The notes: generated by a model from the sequence alone, not told the origin. 64,000 nucleotides of DNA from Anaerolineales bacterium (GCA_017882125.1 JADGQC010000001.1:12149-76148); one strand, 5' to 3'; positions 27,313 through 36,507 are shown, counted from the stretch's first letter. Translations and numbers: made by a program.

Positions 27313-27749
27313 TTACGGAACCTCTTGAATAAAAACCGGGGTAGCCCCCAGGTCGAAGGTTAATTTCCCGCCAATTGTGGAAAGGGTTTTAATTTCCGGT
27401 CCGGTCTGGCCAATTTCAGTGGGCGTCGTGGTCAGAAAAGCGGATGCGGATTCGAACGACATGCTGATGGTCATCGCTGATGGCAAACGCTTCCCAGGGG
27501 ATACTTTGCTGGAGCAGGACCACGTCCCCGTGTTGACCGATTGCTTTGTAGGTGCCTATGACGCTCTGAGTGGTTGCCTCGGGAGGTGACGGGAAGAAAC
27601 CGTAAACGGTTCGTCCCAAATCGAAAGGGGAGGTTTTAAGGGTCGGGATTGCCCCGGGTGTACCCTGCGGATTGGTATAAGATTGCTGGCATGCGGCATG
27701 CCAGCGTTACAAGGATGATTGCCAGCAGCGGGAGTATGACTCGAATCAT
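27313..27749 (-). pseudogene. Small lipoprotein gene disrupted by a 7-bp tandem duplication just after the lipobox Cys, with probably a second frame change near 27470-27480
   Basis: ATG 27749 encodes MIRVILPLLAIILVTLAC, then runs out of frame. Removing one GGCATGC copy joins it to ...LACQQSYTNPQGTPGAIPTLKTSPFDLGRTVYGFFPSPPEATT... (the frame of listed ORF 27416..27619). A third frame reads MTISMSFESASAFLTTTPTEIGQTGPEIKTLSTIGGKLTFDLGATPVFIQEVP to the stop at 27315..27313. Confidence 0.55.
27688..27701. repeat. Perfect 7-bp tandem duplication GGCATGC GGCATGC
   Basis: Read directly from the sequence. It also creates the 10-bp inverted repeat gctggcatgc-g-gcatgccagc at 27685..27705. Confidence 0.95.
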
Positions 27750-27825
27750 GGAATGATCCAAAGATTAAAAGACTTTCTCAGGGTTGCAAAAGAGGTTGCC
27801 GCGTGTTTGGCAGCCATTGCACAGG

Positions 27826-29130
27826 TCAGGGCATCGGTGTGGAGGGTGCCTCGGGCTGATCAGGTTTGATTTGGTCCTTGATTGTGATTGAGCCGATCCA
27901 GGCTCCCAGGCCGATGACGCACAAAACCACAGCCGGGACGATGAACCATCCTGATAAGGTGTGAATAATGGATCGGAATAGTTCTACCCCAGTCTGGGGG
28001 AGGACAGCCGGGAGAAAAACAGGAATTCGTGGAGCAATCAACCACGTCCAGGTGGCATTAAAAGCAGGTACGATCGATAACCCCAACCCTAGGCCTATTA
28101 TTCCGGTAATGAGAAAAGGAATACCCCACCAGCGCATCCAACTTTTATAACTGCGTACCGCGAACAGGGTGACCAGCAGCAGGAAGACTAATGGAACAAG
28201 AAAACTCAGGCGCATGACCAGCCTGATGATACGCAGCGTGGAAAACGGGTCTGCCCCAAATGGTCCGTTGCCGGGCGATGGAGCGCCAGGAGCAGGAGCT
28301 TTGATGATGAAAGCCTTATCCGGTATCGCCGGGACGATCGTGTTCAAAAGGTCCGGGACCAGAGCGGTTACGATGGGAATCATATCTTCAGGCGGTTTGC
28401 ATAGGACCCTGCCGCCATTACTCATTCCTAGAATTAATTGGGACAGGTCTTGTTCATTGCAGGGCAGGAGCGAGTTCAAAAGTTGCATAAATAGATCTTT
28501 CCCAGCCGGGCCCAACAGTCGATCTTTAAATATTAGCATGGGGACTGACACTGAGTCCACTGTGCCATTTAGATAACCGAAGAACTGGTCGAGCGTGCTT
28601 TCGGTCATGGTCTTAAGGGTTTCTGGTGGCAGCAGGATCGTAAGGATGGCTTGCCAATCTGCCGCGGTGAGATTCTGTAAAAAGAACGGCATTCCGCTTC
28701 CGCCTGTCCCTGGCTTCGGGTTGCCCTTCAGTGCCCCTCCATAACGGTCCAGGCAGGGTTGCGCTTGCTGAAGTTCTACGCTGGTCGGGAGGCGACCGCC
28801 GCTTCCGATGGACTGGTACGCGGCCGATCCCAGTGCAGTTGTCAGGCAGGCTTGTAATTCGGGAGAAGCGCCGTCCATGCTGCAAGCCAGTTGGTTTTGG
28901 GCGCAGGGATCGGACGCAAAACTGCTGGTGATCGCCGCTCCAACGATTTCGGGCAGGCGCTTATAGATATTTTGATCCACCAGTGCAGTTTTATATGTGT
29001 TGGAATTAAACATCTGCCCATTGAGGGTGGTCAACAGGATGGCCAGAAGGGCGGTGAAAACGAACAAGGCTGCAAATACCCCTGCGATAATCCTGGCGAT
29101 CACGGTTAAAAACTTACGCATGGTTTTCAC
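27826..29130 (-). CDS. Membrane protein of unknown function (N-terminal anchor, Cys-containing extracytoplasmic domain, C-terminal multi-helix region)
   Basis: 434 aa. TM helix at the N-terminus and about 4 helices at the C-terminus. No motif recognised. Confidence 0.6.
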   Translation of the reverse strand: MKTMRKFLTVIARIIAGVFAALFVFTALLAILLTTLNGQMFNSNTYKTALVDQNIYKRLPEIVGAAITSSFASDPCAQNQLACSMDGASPELQACLTTALGSAAYQSIGSGGRLPTSVELQQAQPCLDRYGGALKGNPKPGTGGSGMPFFLQNLTAADWQAILTILLPPETLKTMTESTLDQFFGYLNGTVDSVSVPMLIFKDRLLGPAGKDLFMQLLNSLLPCNEQDLSQLILGMSNGGRVLCKPPEDMIPIVTALVPDLLNTIVPAIPDKAFIIKAPAPGAPSPGNGPFGADPFSTLRIIRLVMRLSFLVPLVFLLLVTLFAVRSYKSWMRWWGIPFLITGIIGLGLGLSIVPAFNATWTWLIAPRIPVFLPAVLPQTGVELFRSIIHTLSGWFIVPAVVLCVIGLGAWIGSITIKDQIKPDQPEAPSTPMP

Positions 29131-29221
29131 CTTCCCGTCAAGTCATGATCCAGGTGTGTCATCCTTTATAACTCCTGACACATGGGTAGGTTGTCTATCC
29201 GGGTACTGCTGTTCTTTCGGA

Positions 29222-31210
29222 CTAATCCTTCCCGCCGGCTATTTCGACGTAGTCCAGCGTAATGGTATTTTCCAGCTGCCCGCCCAGCAGGCTGATGAGT
29301 TCCGATGTGCAATCGGCTTTTTCTTCAGCGTCGCGCCGGCTCCAGGTTCGGCTTTTGATTTCCAGGTAGTACCCCAGCTCGGGAGTCTCAACCCGGTCAA
29401 GGTTGATGAAGAACTCTTCGTTTTTGTAGCGCACCAGCCAGCGCAGGCGGTCCTTGTCGACGGCGATTTCACTGGCGGGTTTGAAGTATTCCCGGTAGAA
29501 GCGCAGGCTGTTGGCTGCGGGTGCAAAGTATCGAATGCGGCTCAGGAGCACATCGTGGGCGAAGTCGCCCTCGCGGGAGGGACCGATCAGGGTTAAACGG
29601 CCGCGCACGCCTGTTATCTGCTCCTTGTCATCGACCATCTCATCTTCCCGGTAACGCAGCCAACCCTGTTCCGGATCTGCAAAGGTGAAATAAATATCGT
29701 GCTGGTGGTAATGTTTTTTTACCAGGATGTCGATGGCAGTATTTTTAATCGCCTTAAGCACGGGAGCCGGGTCCTTCAGCTTCACTTTTACCTGGACTTC
29801 AAAGGATTCCTCTTCCGCCGACCCACCCAGGGCAACCAGCTTTGAAAAGACCGATTGCTCCCGTGCCATCAGGAACACATCGATTTTACGGGCGTATTCC
29901 TGCGCATGCAGCTTCAATTCTTTTTCGTTGAGTGTCAGCAGTTCGCGGTTGTGCATCAGCCATTTGCCATTGACCATCACGTCGCTTACGTCGCTGGCTT
30001 TCCCGGCATAGACCAGTTGGGAATAGATATTGTCAGCGTCCCGGCGGAAGCGCGGCGTATTGTGCAGCCCGGTAATATCAACCAGGATCAGGTCGGCTCG
30101 CTTACCTGCTTCGAGGCTCCCAGTCACGGGTCCGAGGTGCAGCGCCCGTGCCCCCAGGCGGGTGGCCATCTTGACTGCAGTCACTGCCGGCAGTGCGGTT
30201 GGATCATTGCTGACCGTTTTTGCCACGAAGGCGGCCAGGCGGATTTCTTCGAACATGTCCAGGTCATTATTCGAGGCGGGACCGTCCGTCCCAATGCCCA
30301 CATCCAGGCCAATGTTCAGCATTTTCTGGACCGGGGCAAATCCGGAGGCCAGTTTCAAATTGGAGGATGGGTTGTGCGCCACGCCGGCCCCCGCGTGCAG
30401 CAGGGTCCGCATTTCCCCCTCGTCGATGTGGGTGCAGTGGGCTGCCAGCACCTTGGCATCGAATAACCCTTGTTTTTTGAGATAAGGGACCACGGGCATC
30501 CCATTATCTCTGCGCATGTTTTCCACTTCCAGCAGGGTTTCGGAAATGTGGGTATGCAGCGGCACGTCGAATTCGGCTGCCAGTTGGGCTGTAGCCCGCA
30601 GGATTTCAGGCGTACAGGTATAGTAGGCATGCGGGGATACAGCTGGGGTGATGAGGGGGTGGCCTTTCCAGTGCTCGATAAATTCACGCGCCGCGGCCAA
30701 TGAATCTTCGAATGAGACCGCATCCGGCGTGGGGAACTTGAGTACCGTTTGTCCGCAAACCGCGCGCAGGCCCGCCTCGGCAGTGGTCTCGGCTACTTTT
30801 TCCTCGAAGTAGTACATATCGGCAAAACAGGTAACTCCGGTGCGGATGAGCTCGGCGCAGGCCAGTTGAGTGCCCAGGCGCACGAAATCTGGTGAGACGA
30901 ACTCGCGCTCCACCGGCCAGATATACCCCTGCAGCCAAACGTCCAGGCGCAGGTCGTCGGCCAGGCCGCGCAGCAGTGTCATTGGGACATGGGTGTGTGC
31001 GTTGACCAACCCCGGCATCAGGACCTTGCCTCCGCAGTCCACTTCGTGGGCGGCATGGCAGCCTTTAAGGACTTCATCTTCAGGACCAACCGCCAGGATC
31101 GAATCCCCGCTTACAGCAACCGCGCCGGGTTCATATTGGTGCATCTCCTCGTCCATGGTCAGGACGATGGCATTAAAGAGCAGAAGATCAACAGATTTGG
31201 TCATTCGCAC
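29222..31210 (-). CDS. mtaD: MtaD-like amidohydrolase (5-methylthioadenosine/S-adenosylhomocysteine deaminase family) fused to a C-terminal CYTH/CyaB-like domain
   Basis: 662 aa. Residues ~1-440 carry MPGLVNAHTHVPMTLLRGLADDLRLDVWL, HISE and GIGTDGPASNN motifs. Residues ~460-650 carry FEVQVKVKL, DIYFTF, WLRYRED, RLTLIGPS and YYLEIK, which align by eye to the strands of CyaB class IV cyclase/CYTH. Confidence 0.75.
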   Translation of the reverse strand: MRMTKSVDLLLFNAIVLTMDEEMHQYEPGAVAVSGDSILAVGPEDEVLKGCHAAHEVDCGGKVLMPGLVNAHTHVPMTLLRGLADDLRLDVWLQGYIWPVEREFVSPDFVRLGTQLACAELIRTGVTCFADMYYFEEKVAETTAEAGLRAVCGQTVLKFPTPDAVSFEDSLAAAREFIEHWKGHPLITPAVSPHAYYTCTPEILRATAQLAAEFDVPLHTHISETLLEVENMRRDNGMPVVPYLKKQGLFDAKVLAAHCTHIDEGEMRTLLHAGAGVAHNPSSNLKLASGFAPVQKMLNIGLDVGIGTDGPASNNDLDMFEEIRLAAFVAKTVSNDPTALPAVTAVKMATRLGARALHLGPVTGSLEAGKRADLILVDITGLHNTPRFRRDADNIYSQLVYAGKASDVSDVMVNGKWLMHNRELLTLNEKELKLHAQEYARKIDVFLMAREQSVFSKLVALGGSAEEESFEVQVKVKLKDPAPVLKAIKNTAIDILVKKHYHQHDIYFTFADPEQGWLRYREDEMVDDKEQITGVRGRLTLIGPSREGDFAHDVLLSRIRYFAPAANSLRFYREYFKPASEIAVDKDRLRWLVRYKNEEFFINLDRVETPELGYYLEIKSRTWSRRDAEEKADCTSELISLLGGQLENTITLDYVEIAGGKD

Positions 31211-31320
31211 TCCTGTTTCTGCTATTCTACCTGATAAAACTCTCGGGCTGCCTGTTGCGCCGCGCCCCGAAACTAGCGCTTCCAGTTCAGGAAGGTTTCC
31301 AGGACTTTCAAATTCATATC

Positions 31321-32268
31321 CTAATCGGTGTGGGTTTTGTCGGTGAGTTCTACGTCCAGCGCCGCGATACCTTTTTCATCCGCCCAATCGGTGAAACCCC
31401 CGGTGTACATACACCCGATGTTTACAGGCGGGTAGGGATATGTGGACACTGCTGCAACCGCTTTAGCCAGCCGGATGGAATAGTCGTCGGGTGGCAGACC
31501 GCCCGCAAAAATGCCCAGCGCTGCGCTGTGGTAATTGATCAGGGCGTCAAAATGACGACTCTGGATAAATGCCGCCAGTGCCTTCGTCTCCGGCTCTGAC
31601 ATCGGACCGGTTCCCCCGGTGACCATTGTATACGTCCAACAATTGTCCCGCGGCCAATCTTTTTGCCAGTTGGCATCCCAATTTCTATTCAGGTCAACAT
31701 TATGAGCGTTGGCGCGCCCGTTATAGTCGTGTGCGCGTGCTTCTCCCTCCGGGTTCAAGTCTCGTAAAATATATAGACTCACATCTGTCGGGACGATTTC
31801 AGGGTGGTCCTTGAGATAAGCCATCAATTGATCGGCCAGTTGAATGGTATTGAATTCGCTGCCGCCATGCATACCTGCTACGATTAATCTTTCAGTTTTA
31901 CCGGTCCCAAACCGATAGACTTCCAGGGGCCGTTTCTGGACGGAATAGCCTATGGTGATCGGTCCCTCGCTGTACGGGATGGGAGTCACCGTCTCGGTGG
32001 GGGTGACGCTGGGAGTAAAAGTCTCGGTGGGGACGGGGGACTGGGTTATGGTATGGGTCGCCGAGGGTGTAAACGTATTGGTGGGGGTTAACGTCAGGGT
32101 GAACGTGGGAGTATCGGTAAGGGAGGGGGTGGGACTGATAAAAAGGGTCCTCACCGCCGGGTTTGATGAGAACAACCAGGCGCCTATAACGAAGATTCCT
32201 AACACCAGGTTGAATACCCAGAAACTTGTAACGATCCTTCCGAGCGATTTTGGGGAAGATTTGGGCAT
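31321..32268 (-). CDS. M14-family zinc carboxypeptidase with N-terminal anchor and Thr/Pro-rich linker
   Basis: 315 aa. TM helix, TPTFTLTLTPTNTFTPSATHT... linker, MHGGSEFNT, DLNPEG and NVDLNRNW motifs. Confidence 0.7.
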   Translation of the reverse strand: MPKSSPKSLGRIVTSFWVFNLVLGIFVIGAWLFSSNPAVRTLFISPTPSLTDTPTFTLTLTPTNTFTPSATHTITQSPVPTETFTPSVTPTETVTPIPYSEGPITIGYSVQKRPLEVYRFGTGKTERLIVAGMHGGSEFNTIQLADQLMAYLKDHPEIVPTDVSLYILRDLNPEGEARAHDYNGRANAHNVDLNRNWDANWQKDWPRDNCWTYTMVTGGTGPMSEPETKALAAFIQSRHFDALINYHSAALGIFAGGLPPDDYSIRLAKAVAAVSTYPYPPVNIGCMYTGGFTDWADEKGIAALDVELTDKTHTD

Positions 32269-33458
32269 TAACCTGCCTCCAATGCGCTGCGACGCAGGAT
32301 ATCAAGCGCCATGTTTACTGCCCAGCGCCGTGCATTGCCGGGGTGCCCGCCGTATGTCAGGGCATGCTCCGCTTCCCTTTGGGGTGTGACCAGCAGGATC
32401 CGGATGTCTTGCTTTTCGTCCTCCTGCGAATAGGAGACTCCCACCCCGCTGGATGCCTGGAACTCCTCGAGAGCTGATTTAGTACCATCTGCAAGCGTTT
32501 CTGTTTGGACCTCGGAAATCCTTCCACCCCGATAAGCAGCGTGCCCGGTTTGGGCGAAACGCTTCAGCAGCGCACCTTGAAGGTTGATTTCGAAACATGC
32601 CAGTGTCCAGCCTCGCCGCGCCACGGCCTCGAGCGTGACCCTTTCCAGGGTATCGTCGTCTGTGCCGCAGATGTCATCTCCCAGTCTTGACCGCAGGTCT
32701 GTCTCAACTATGCTGATCATCCTTCCAGCCTCGGATTCGGTATCTGCCTTGGCTGCGATGCGGACGTCCACCACCCCGGAATGGGCGGTCAGACCCACTG
32801 TCGGGTTGACGAGCGTTTCCAGGTCGCCGATCTTATCGTCGATGATCCCTTCTCCAAGTCCGCTGACGTGCAGCGTGCGGATTTTAAGCACAGAGTGCAG
32901 GTCGAAGGCTTTTTGCAGATATGGAACGATGGCACTGCTCATGAGGGTTTCCATCTCGCGTGGCACGCCTGGCAGCGAAACGATTATTTTTCCCCCCCGC
33001 TCCGTTTCCTTCCCAGATTGTTTTGTAAACGGGACTCTCACGATAAATGCAGGCGCGGTACCTACCGGGTTCTCGATAACGATCGCGTTTTTGGGGATAT
33101 AAGCCTGGCGCTTTTGGTTTTCGGTCGGCGAGCGACCATATCGGGATATCCGGGCGGTGATTTGCTCCCATAGTTCGGGATGGAATTCGAGCGGTACACC
33201 TACGCACTCGGCAATTGCCTGCCGGGTGGGATCATCCACGGTTGGACCAAGACCACCGGTAGTGATGACGATATCGGCTCTTTCCAATGCCTGGTGGACG
33301 GTGTCTGAAATGCGCTCCGCATTGTCGCCGATTGTCTGGGCGCGATACAGGTCTATCCCCAGGCTGCGCAGGACACGCGCAAGGGTGCGTGTGTTGGTAT
33401 CGGCGGTTTCGCCGAGCAGGAGTTCGGTGCCAATGGCGATTATCTCTGCGGTGGGCAT
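32268..33458 (-). CDS. cinA: CinA-like competence/damage-inducible protein (MoCF-binding domain plus PncC-type NMN amidohydrolase domain)
   Basis: 396 aa. IIAIGTELLLGETADTN...ITTGGLGPTVDDPT N-terminus. Confidence 0.8.
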   Translation of the reverse strand: MPTAEIIAIGTELLLGETADTNTRTLARVLRSLGIDLYRAQTIGDNAERISDTVHQALERADIVITTGGLGPTVDDPTRQAIAECVGVPLEFHPELWEQITARISRYGRSPTENQKRQAYIPKNAIVIENPVGTAPAFIVRVPFTKQSGKETERGGKIIVSLPGVPREMETLMSSAIVPYLQKAFDLHSVLKIRTLHVSGLGEGIIDDKIGDLETLVNPTVGLTAHSGVVDVRIAAKADTESEAGRMISIVETDLRSRLGDDICGTDDDTLERVTLEAVARRGWTLACFEINLQGALLKRFAQTGHAAYRGGRISEVQTETLADGTKSALEEFQASSGVGVSYSQEDEKQDIRILLVTPQREAEHALTYGGHPGNARRWAVNMALDILRRSALEAG

Positions 33459-33512
33459 GCTTGAATGGATTATACAACAGCGGGGCGTCGTGCCGACCCG
33501 GGTGGTCGGGAT

Positions 33513-34241
33513 CTAGCGGGAAAGGCCAAGTGCTGACAATAACGCCTGGCGGGGAATAAAAAGGGTTTTATCTGGCATCCGTACTGCCACTTGCTGGATG
33601 GCTGTCAGGACCTGGGTCGTCAGCGCATAGGCTGTGGTGGAATTAATCGCCGGGCCAAGCAAAGGAATCCCGGCATCCATGAGGATTGGAGTTGCCGCAT
33701 TTACCTCATCACTGCAGGTTGGACCGATCGCAGCTGAAAGATTGGTGTAGGTGGCGAATTCTGTCGCGCCTGTTATGGCACTGCCTGCTGTGCAGTCCGT
33801 TCCATAGTTGATTAGATGGATTGGATGCCCCAGCAGGTCTCCTTTAACTGCCACTGCTTTTTCCACGCTTTGAAGCGAAGCGGCCCCAACCGGTCTTTGT
33901 TCGCCGCTGGTTGCAAGGATGGCACCAATGACAACCGGGCTGCCGGGGGAAATTTCCAGGCAGCCCAGTGGGTCGATGCAATTATAAGAAACCGCACCGC
34001 AGGAGACTATCATAAAATTGATTATAAGCAGTATGACAGATATTTTAAGAGTCCCCGGAAATACTTCCCTCGCCGCCTGAAGCGGGGTTTTGTTGAGGAT
34101 TCTAAAGGGCAGGTTTCTAACTTCTCTCATAGCTGTCCTATGCAGCGGGGACCCCGCCTGAAGAGGAGTTTTACAGGGGATTCTATGGAACAGGTTTTTT
34201 GGTTTCATTTCCGCCTGTTGTTCAACCCCTTGTGGCTTCAT
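33513..34241 (-). CDS. Short LivK/PBP type-1-like substrate-binding lipoprotein; the true start is probably near 34060 and the protein appears shortened relative to the family
   Basis: Signal/lipobox-like ISVILLIINFMIVSCG, then PVVIGAILATSGEQRPVG...LLGHPIHLINYGTDCTAGS...AAIGPTCSDEV...LLGPAINST. The C-terminus jumps to a family-end-like TLFIPRQALLSALG after only ~170 mature residues. No transporter genes are adjacent. Confidence 0.45.
   Translation of the reverse strand: MKPQGVEQQAEMKPKNLFHRIPCKTPLQAGSPLHRTAMREVRNLPFRILNKTPLQAAREVFPGTLKISVILLIINFMIVSCGAVSYNCIDPLGCLEISPGSPVVIGAILATSGEQRPVGAASLQSVEKAVAVKGDLLGHPIHLINYGTDCTAGSAITGATEFATYTNLSAAIGPTCSDEVNAATPILMDAGIPLLGPAINSTTAYALTTQVLTAIQQVAVRMPDKTLFIPRQALLSALGLSR
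34073..34197. repeat. Two imperfect 44-bp direct repeats, 81 bp apart, in the 5' region of the SBP-like gene
   Basis: 34073..34116 and 34154..34197 share about 34 of 44 positions by hand alignment (ccgcctgaag...ggattcta...caggttt). Confidence 0.7.
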
Positions 34242-34296
34242 AGATCACCATTGGTGATTACCAAACTAATCAGGCGGAAACAGGGTGGCTTTCGAC

Positions 34297-35700
34297 TTAG
34301 TGAGGAAAGGATTCTTCGTACCACGTCCAAGGGTTTACCTGGATACCGTTGACCCACAAATCCCAATGCACGTGAGGCCCGGTGACGCGCCCGGTGTCGC
34401 CGATCTTTCCGATCAATTCGCCAGTAGTAACATGGTCACCAACTTTGACATAAATTTCAGCCTGGTGGTACAACCCGCTGTAGATTCCTTCTCCGTGGTC
34501 AATAATGGTGGCATTGCCGCGCACGGTCTTCAGCCCGGTAAAAACAACCACACCATCGGCTGGTGCGTACACATCGAGCGGGTGAGCCTCGGAACAGACA
34601 CCAAAGTCAATCCCGGAATGGAAAGACATGAGCGCCCCGCCGTTGTAGGTACGCCGGTTGCCGTAGTATGATTTTATGCAAACAGAATCATCAGCTACAG
34701 GCAACTGGAATTTCCCCTGCCAGTATTTTTCGGGCGTGATGGGAGTCACGAGAGATAATAACCACGCATCTTCCGGAACTGTGACAGCCGGATCGATGAA
34801 AGCCGGATCAACGCTTAATGTTTCGGGTTTGTAGTTCCCTGAGGAAACCAGCACCATCTGTTCGAAGGATTGCACCGAGCCATCTGCAAGGGTGACATCG
34901 ATCCGTAGAGGGTACAGCCCCGGATCCAACATGGCATGGATACCTTGCAGAGCCACCTGGGAGCCATCTTCCTGTTGGAAGAAATGGAGACGGTGGTCCA
35001 CCAGCAGGCCGCTTAAGGTTACCGGCTGGGTCGCCGTCACCATGACCTGAACGGTTTCTCCTTGGATGATCTGCAGCGGGTCCACTGCCACGGAGGTGAG
35101 CACGGCAGGGATGCCGGTTGGCTCGGCAGAGGCTGTTCCCGATGGAAGATAGAGCAGGTCACCCGGCAGAGAGTCCTGCGGTTCGGAGAGACCGTTTAAT
35201 TGTGAGATCGTCCAGGGGTCACTGTTTTGCCGTACGGACATCTCCAGGATGGTCTCACCTCTGGCAAGCGCAGTCCGGGCGGTCAATGCCGGTTGCTGCT
35301 CCTGTTGCAGCAAGACGAGATTGTAACCGGCATATAGTTCTTCAGGGCTGACGATGTGGTTGAGTTTGACCAGGAGCGCCGGGTCCACGCGGTATTGCCG
35401 GCTCAAGCTGCGCAAGGTTTCCCCAAATGGGACCGGTTCCGTGATCAGCGTACCGCTCATGCCGCTTAAGCCGGGAATGATAAGCTGGTTCCCGGGGAAA
35501 ATGTCTTGGCTGGTCATATTGTTGACTGCCAGGATGTCGGTCACACTGACGTTAAAGTGGATGGCAATGCCCCACAGAGTGTCGCCCACCTGGACGATAT
35601 AAACCGGACCGGTTGGGGGAGTGGCTGTTTGGGCGGAGACGGGAGTTGCAGAAAAAACCAGGATTAGGGCTGCGATGCAGGCGACAATTCGATTATGCAT
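34297..35700 (-). CDS. LysM-domain M23 family metallopeptidase
   Basis: Start set at ATG 35700 (MHNRIVAC...), which overlaps the DUF192 stop (ATGCATAA). Signal peptide, two LysM repeats (YIVQVGDTLWGIA..., ...GETLRSLSRQY) and HSGIDFG...GPHVHWDLWVNG M23 motifs. Confidence 0.85.
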   Translation of the reverse strand: MHNRIVACIAALILVFSATPVSAQTATPPTGPVYIVQVGDTLWGIAIHFNVSVTDILAVNNMTSQDIFPGNQLIIPGLSGMSGTLITEPVPFGETLRSLSRQYRVDPALLVKLNHIVSPEELYAGYNLVLLQQEQQPALTARTALARGETILEMSVRQNSDPWTISQLNGLSEPQDSLPGDLLYLPSGTASAEPTGIPAVLTSVAVDPLQIIQGETVQVMVTATQPVTLSGLLVDHRLHFFQQEDGSQVALQGIHAMLDPGLYPLRIDVTLADGSVQSFEQMVLVSSGNYKPETLSVDPAFIDPAVTVPEDAWLLSLVTPITPEKYWQGKFQLPVADDSVCIKSYYGNRRTYNGGALMSFHSGIDFGVCSEAHPLDVYAPADGVVVFTGLKTVRGNATIIDHGEGIYSGLYHQAEIYVKVGDHVTTGELIGKIGDTGRVTGPHVHWDLWVNGIQVNPWTWYEESFPH

Positions 35701-36061
35701 TTTGAAACTCAATCTTGTCGCCAATCTTAAATTCATTCAGCCGGTCCGGGTGGATTTCAAGAATATACCGGGCAGGTTGGCGTGGAGCGTAGGCAGGTCG
35801 CCAGGCCCGTGCCAGCACGGTATCCACAACCACTTTTTCTGAATTGATCCAGATTACCGCAAGGTCCATGAAAACGAACAGCATATGGATCGCCGTGTCT
35901 AGCCGGCTATCCCGCCCTTCCACAAGCAGCAGACCTTGTCCTGGCGCAAGGCTTGAGTTGAACATCAAGCCGCGCAAGCGGCACAGGAAGCTGTCGCAAT
36001 AAAGGGCCTGCAATGGCGTTGGGAGCGGTTGGTTGAGGTTTTCGAGCTGGATTGTATTCAT
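35693..36061 (-). CDS. DUF192 domain protein
   Basis: 122 aa. RLRGLMF...MDLAVIWI...YILEI pattern is typical of DUF192. Confidence 0.6.
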   Translation of the reverse strand: MNTIQLENLNQPLPTPLQALYCDSFLCRLRGLMFNSSLAPGQGLLLVEGRDSRLDTAIHMLFVFMDLAVIWINSEKVVVDTVLARAWRPAYAPRQPARYILEIHPDRLNEFKIGDKIEFQNA

Positions 36062-36096
36062 AAAAATACGAAAACGGGGCGTCAGTTGCGCCCCGT
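36062..36096 (-). terminator. Rho-independent terminator after the response regulator gene
   Basis: acggggcg/cgccccgt form an 8-bp GC stem. The minus strand is followed by TTTTCGTATTTTT. Confidence 0.7.
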
Positions 36097-36111
36097 CAAG
36101 GTCGGATTGGC

Positions 36112-36507
36112 TCAGGCGATTTGTTTTCGTCCGAGCACGGAATCTACGCTGGCTAATAATTCCTGCGGGCTGAATGGCTTGGCAATGTAATCATCCACCT
36201 TGGCAATGTGCAGTCCGAGGACCTTGTCAATGCTCTGGGCCTTGGCGGTCACCACGATGACCGGGATATCTTTGGTGGTCTCATCAGCTTTCATCTGTTG
36301 GTAAACTTCCCACCCATCCATTTCAGGCATCATCAGGTCGAGCAGCACCAGGTCGGGATGATTTTTGCGGATGATTTCTAGGCCCTCTTTTCCGCCATTT
36401 GCACCAAGGATTTCAAACCCTCGCCGGCTGAGGATCAGACGCATCAGGTCGATCATTTCCTGTTCGTCTTCAATACAGAGGATCACCTTTGTGTTTATTT
36501 CGGTCAT
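36112..36507 (-). CDS. Single-domain (CheY-like) response regulator
   Basis: 131 aa. ILCIEDEQE, DLVLLDLMMPEMDG and VIVVTAK motifs. Confidence 0.85.
   Translation of the reverse strand: MTEINTKVILCIEDEQEMIDLMRLILSRRGFEILGANGGKEGLEIIRKNHPDLVLLDLMMPEMDGWEVYQQMKADETTKDIPVIVVTAKAQSIDKVLGLHIAKVDDYIAKPFSPQELLASVDSVLGRKQIA

Noticed and set aside
27377-27619. Listed ORFs 27377..27589 (+) and 27416..27619 (-) as independent small genes
   Set aside because: They are better explained as frames of one disrupted minus-strand lipoprotein gene (27313..27749). The plus-strand ORF has no start context or motif.
34073-34197. Possible degenerate CRISPR array or repeat-spacer remnant
   Set aside because: There are only two copies at about 77 percent identity, no third unit and no cas genes in the window. 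Duplication of a gene-start segment explains it better.
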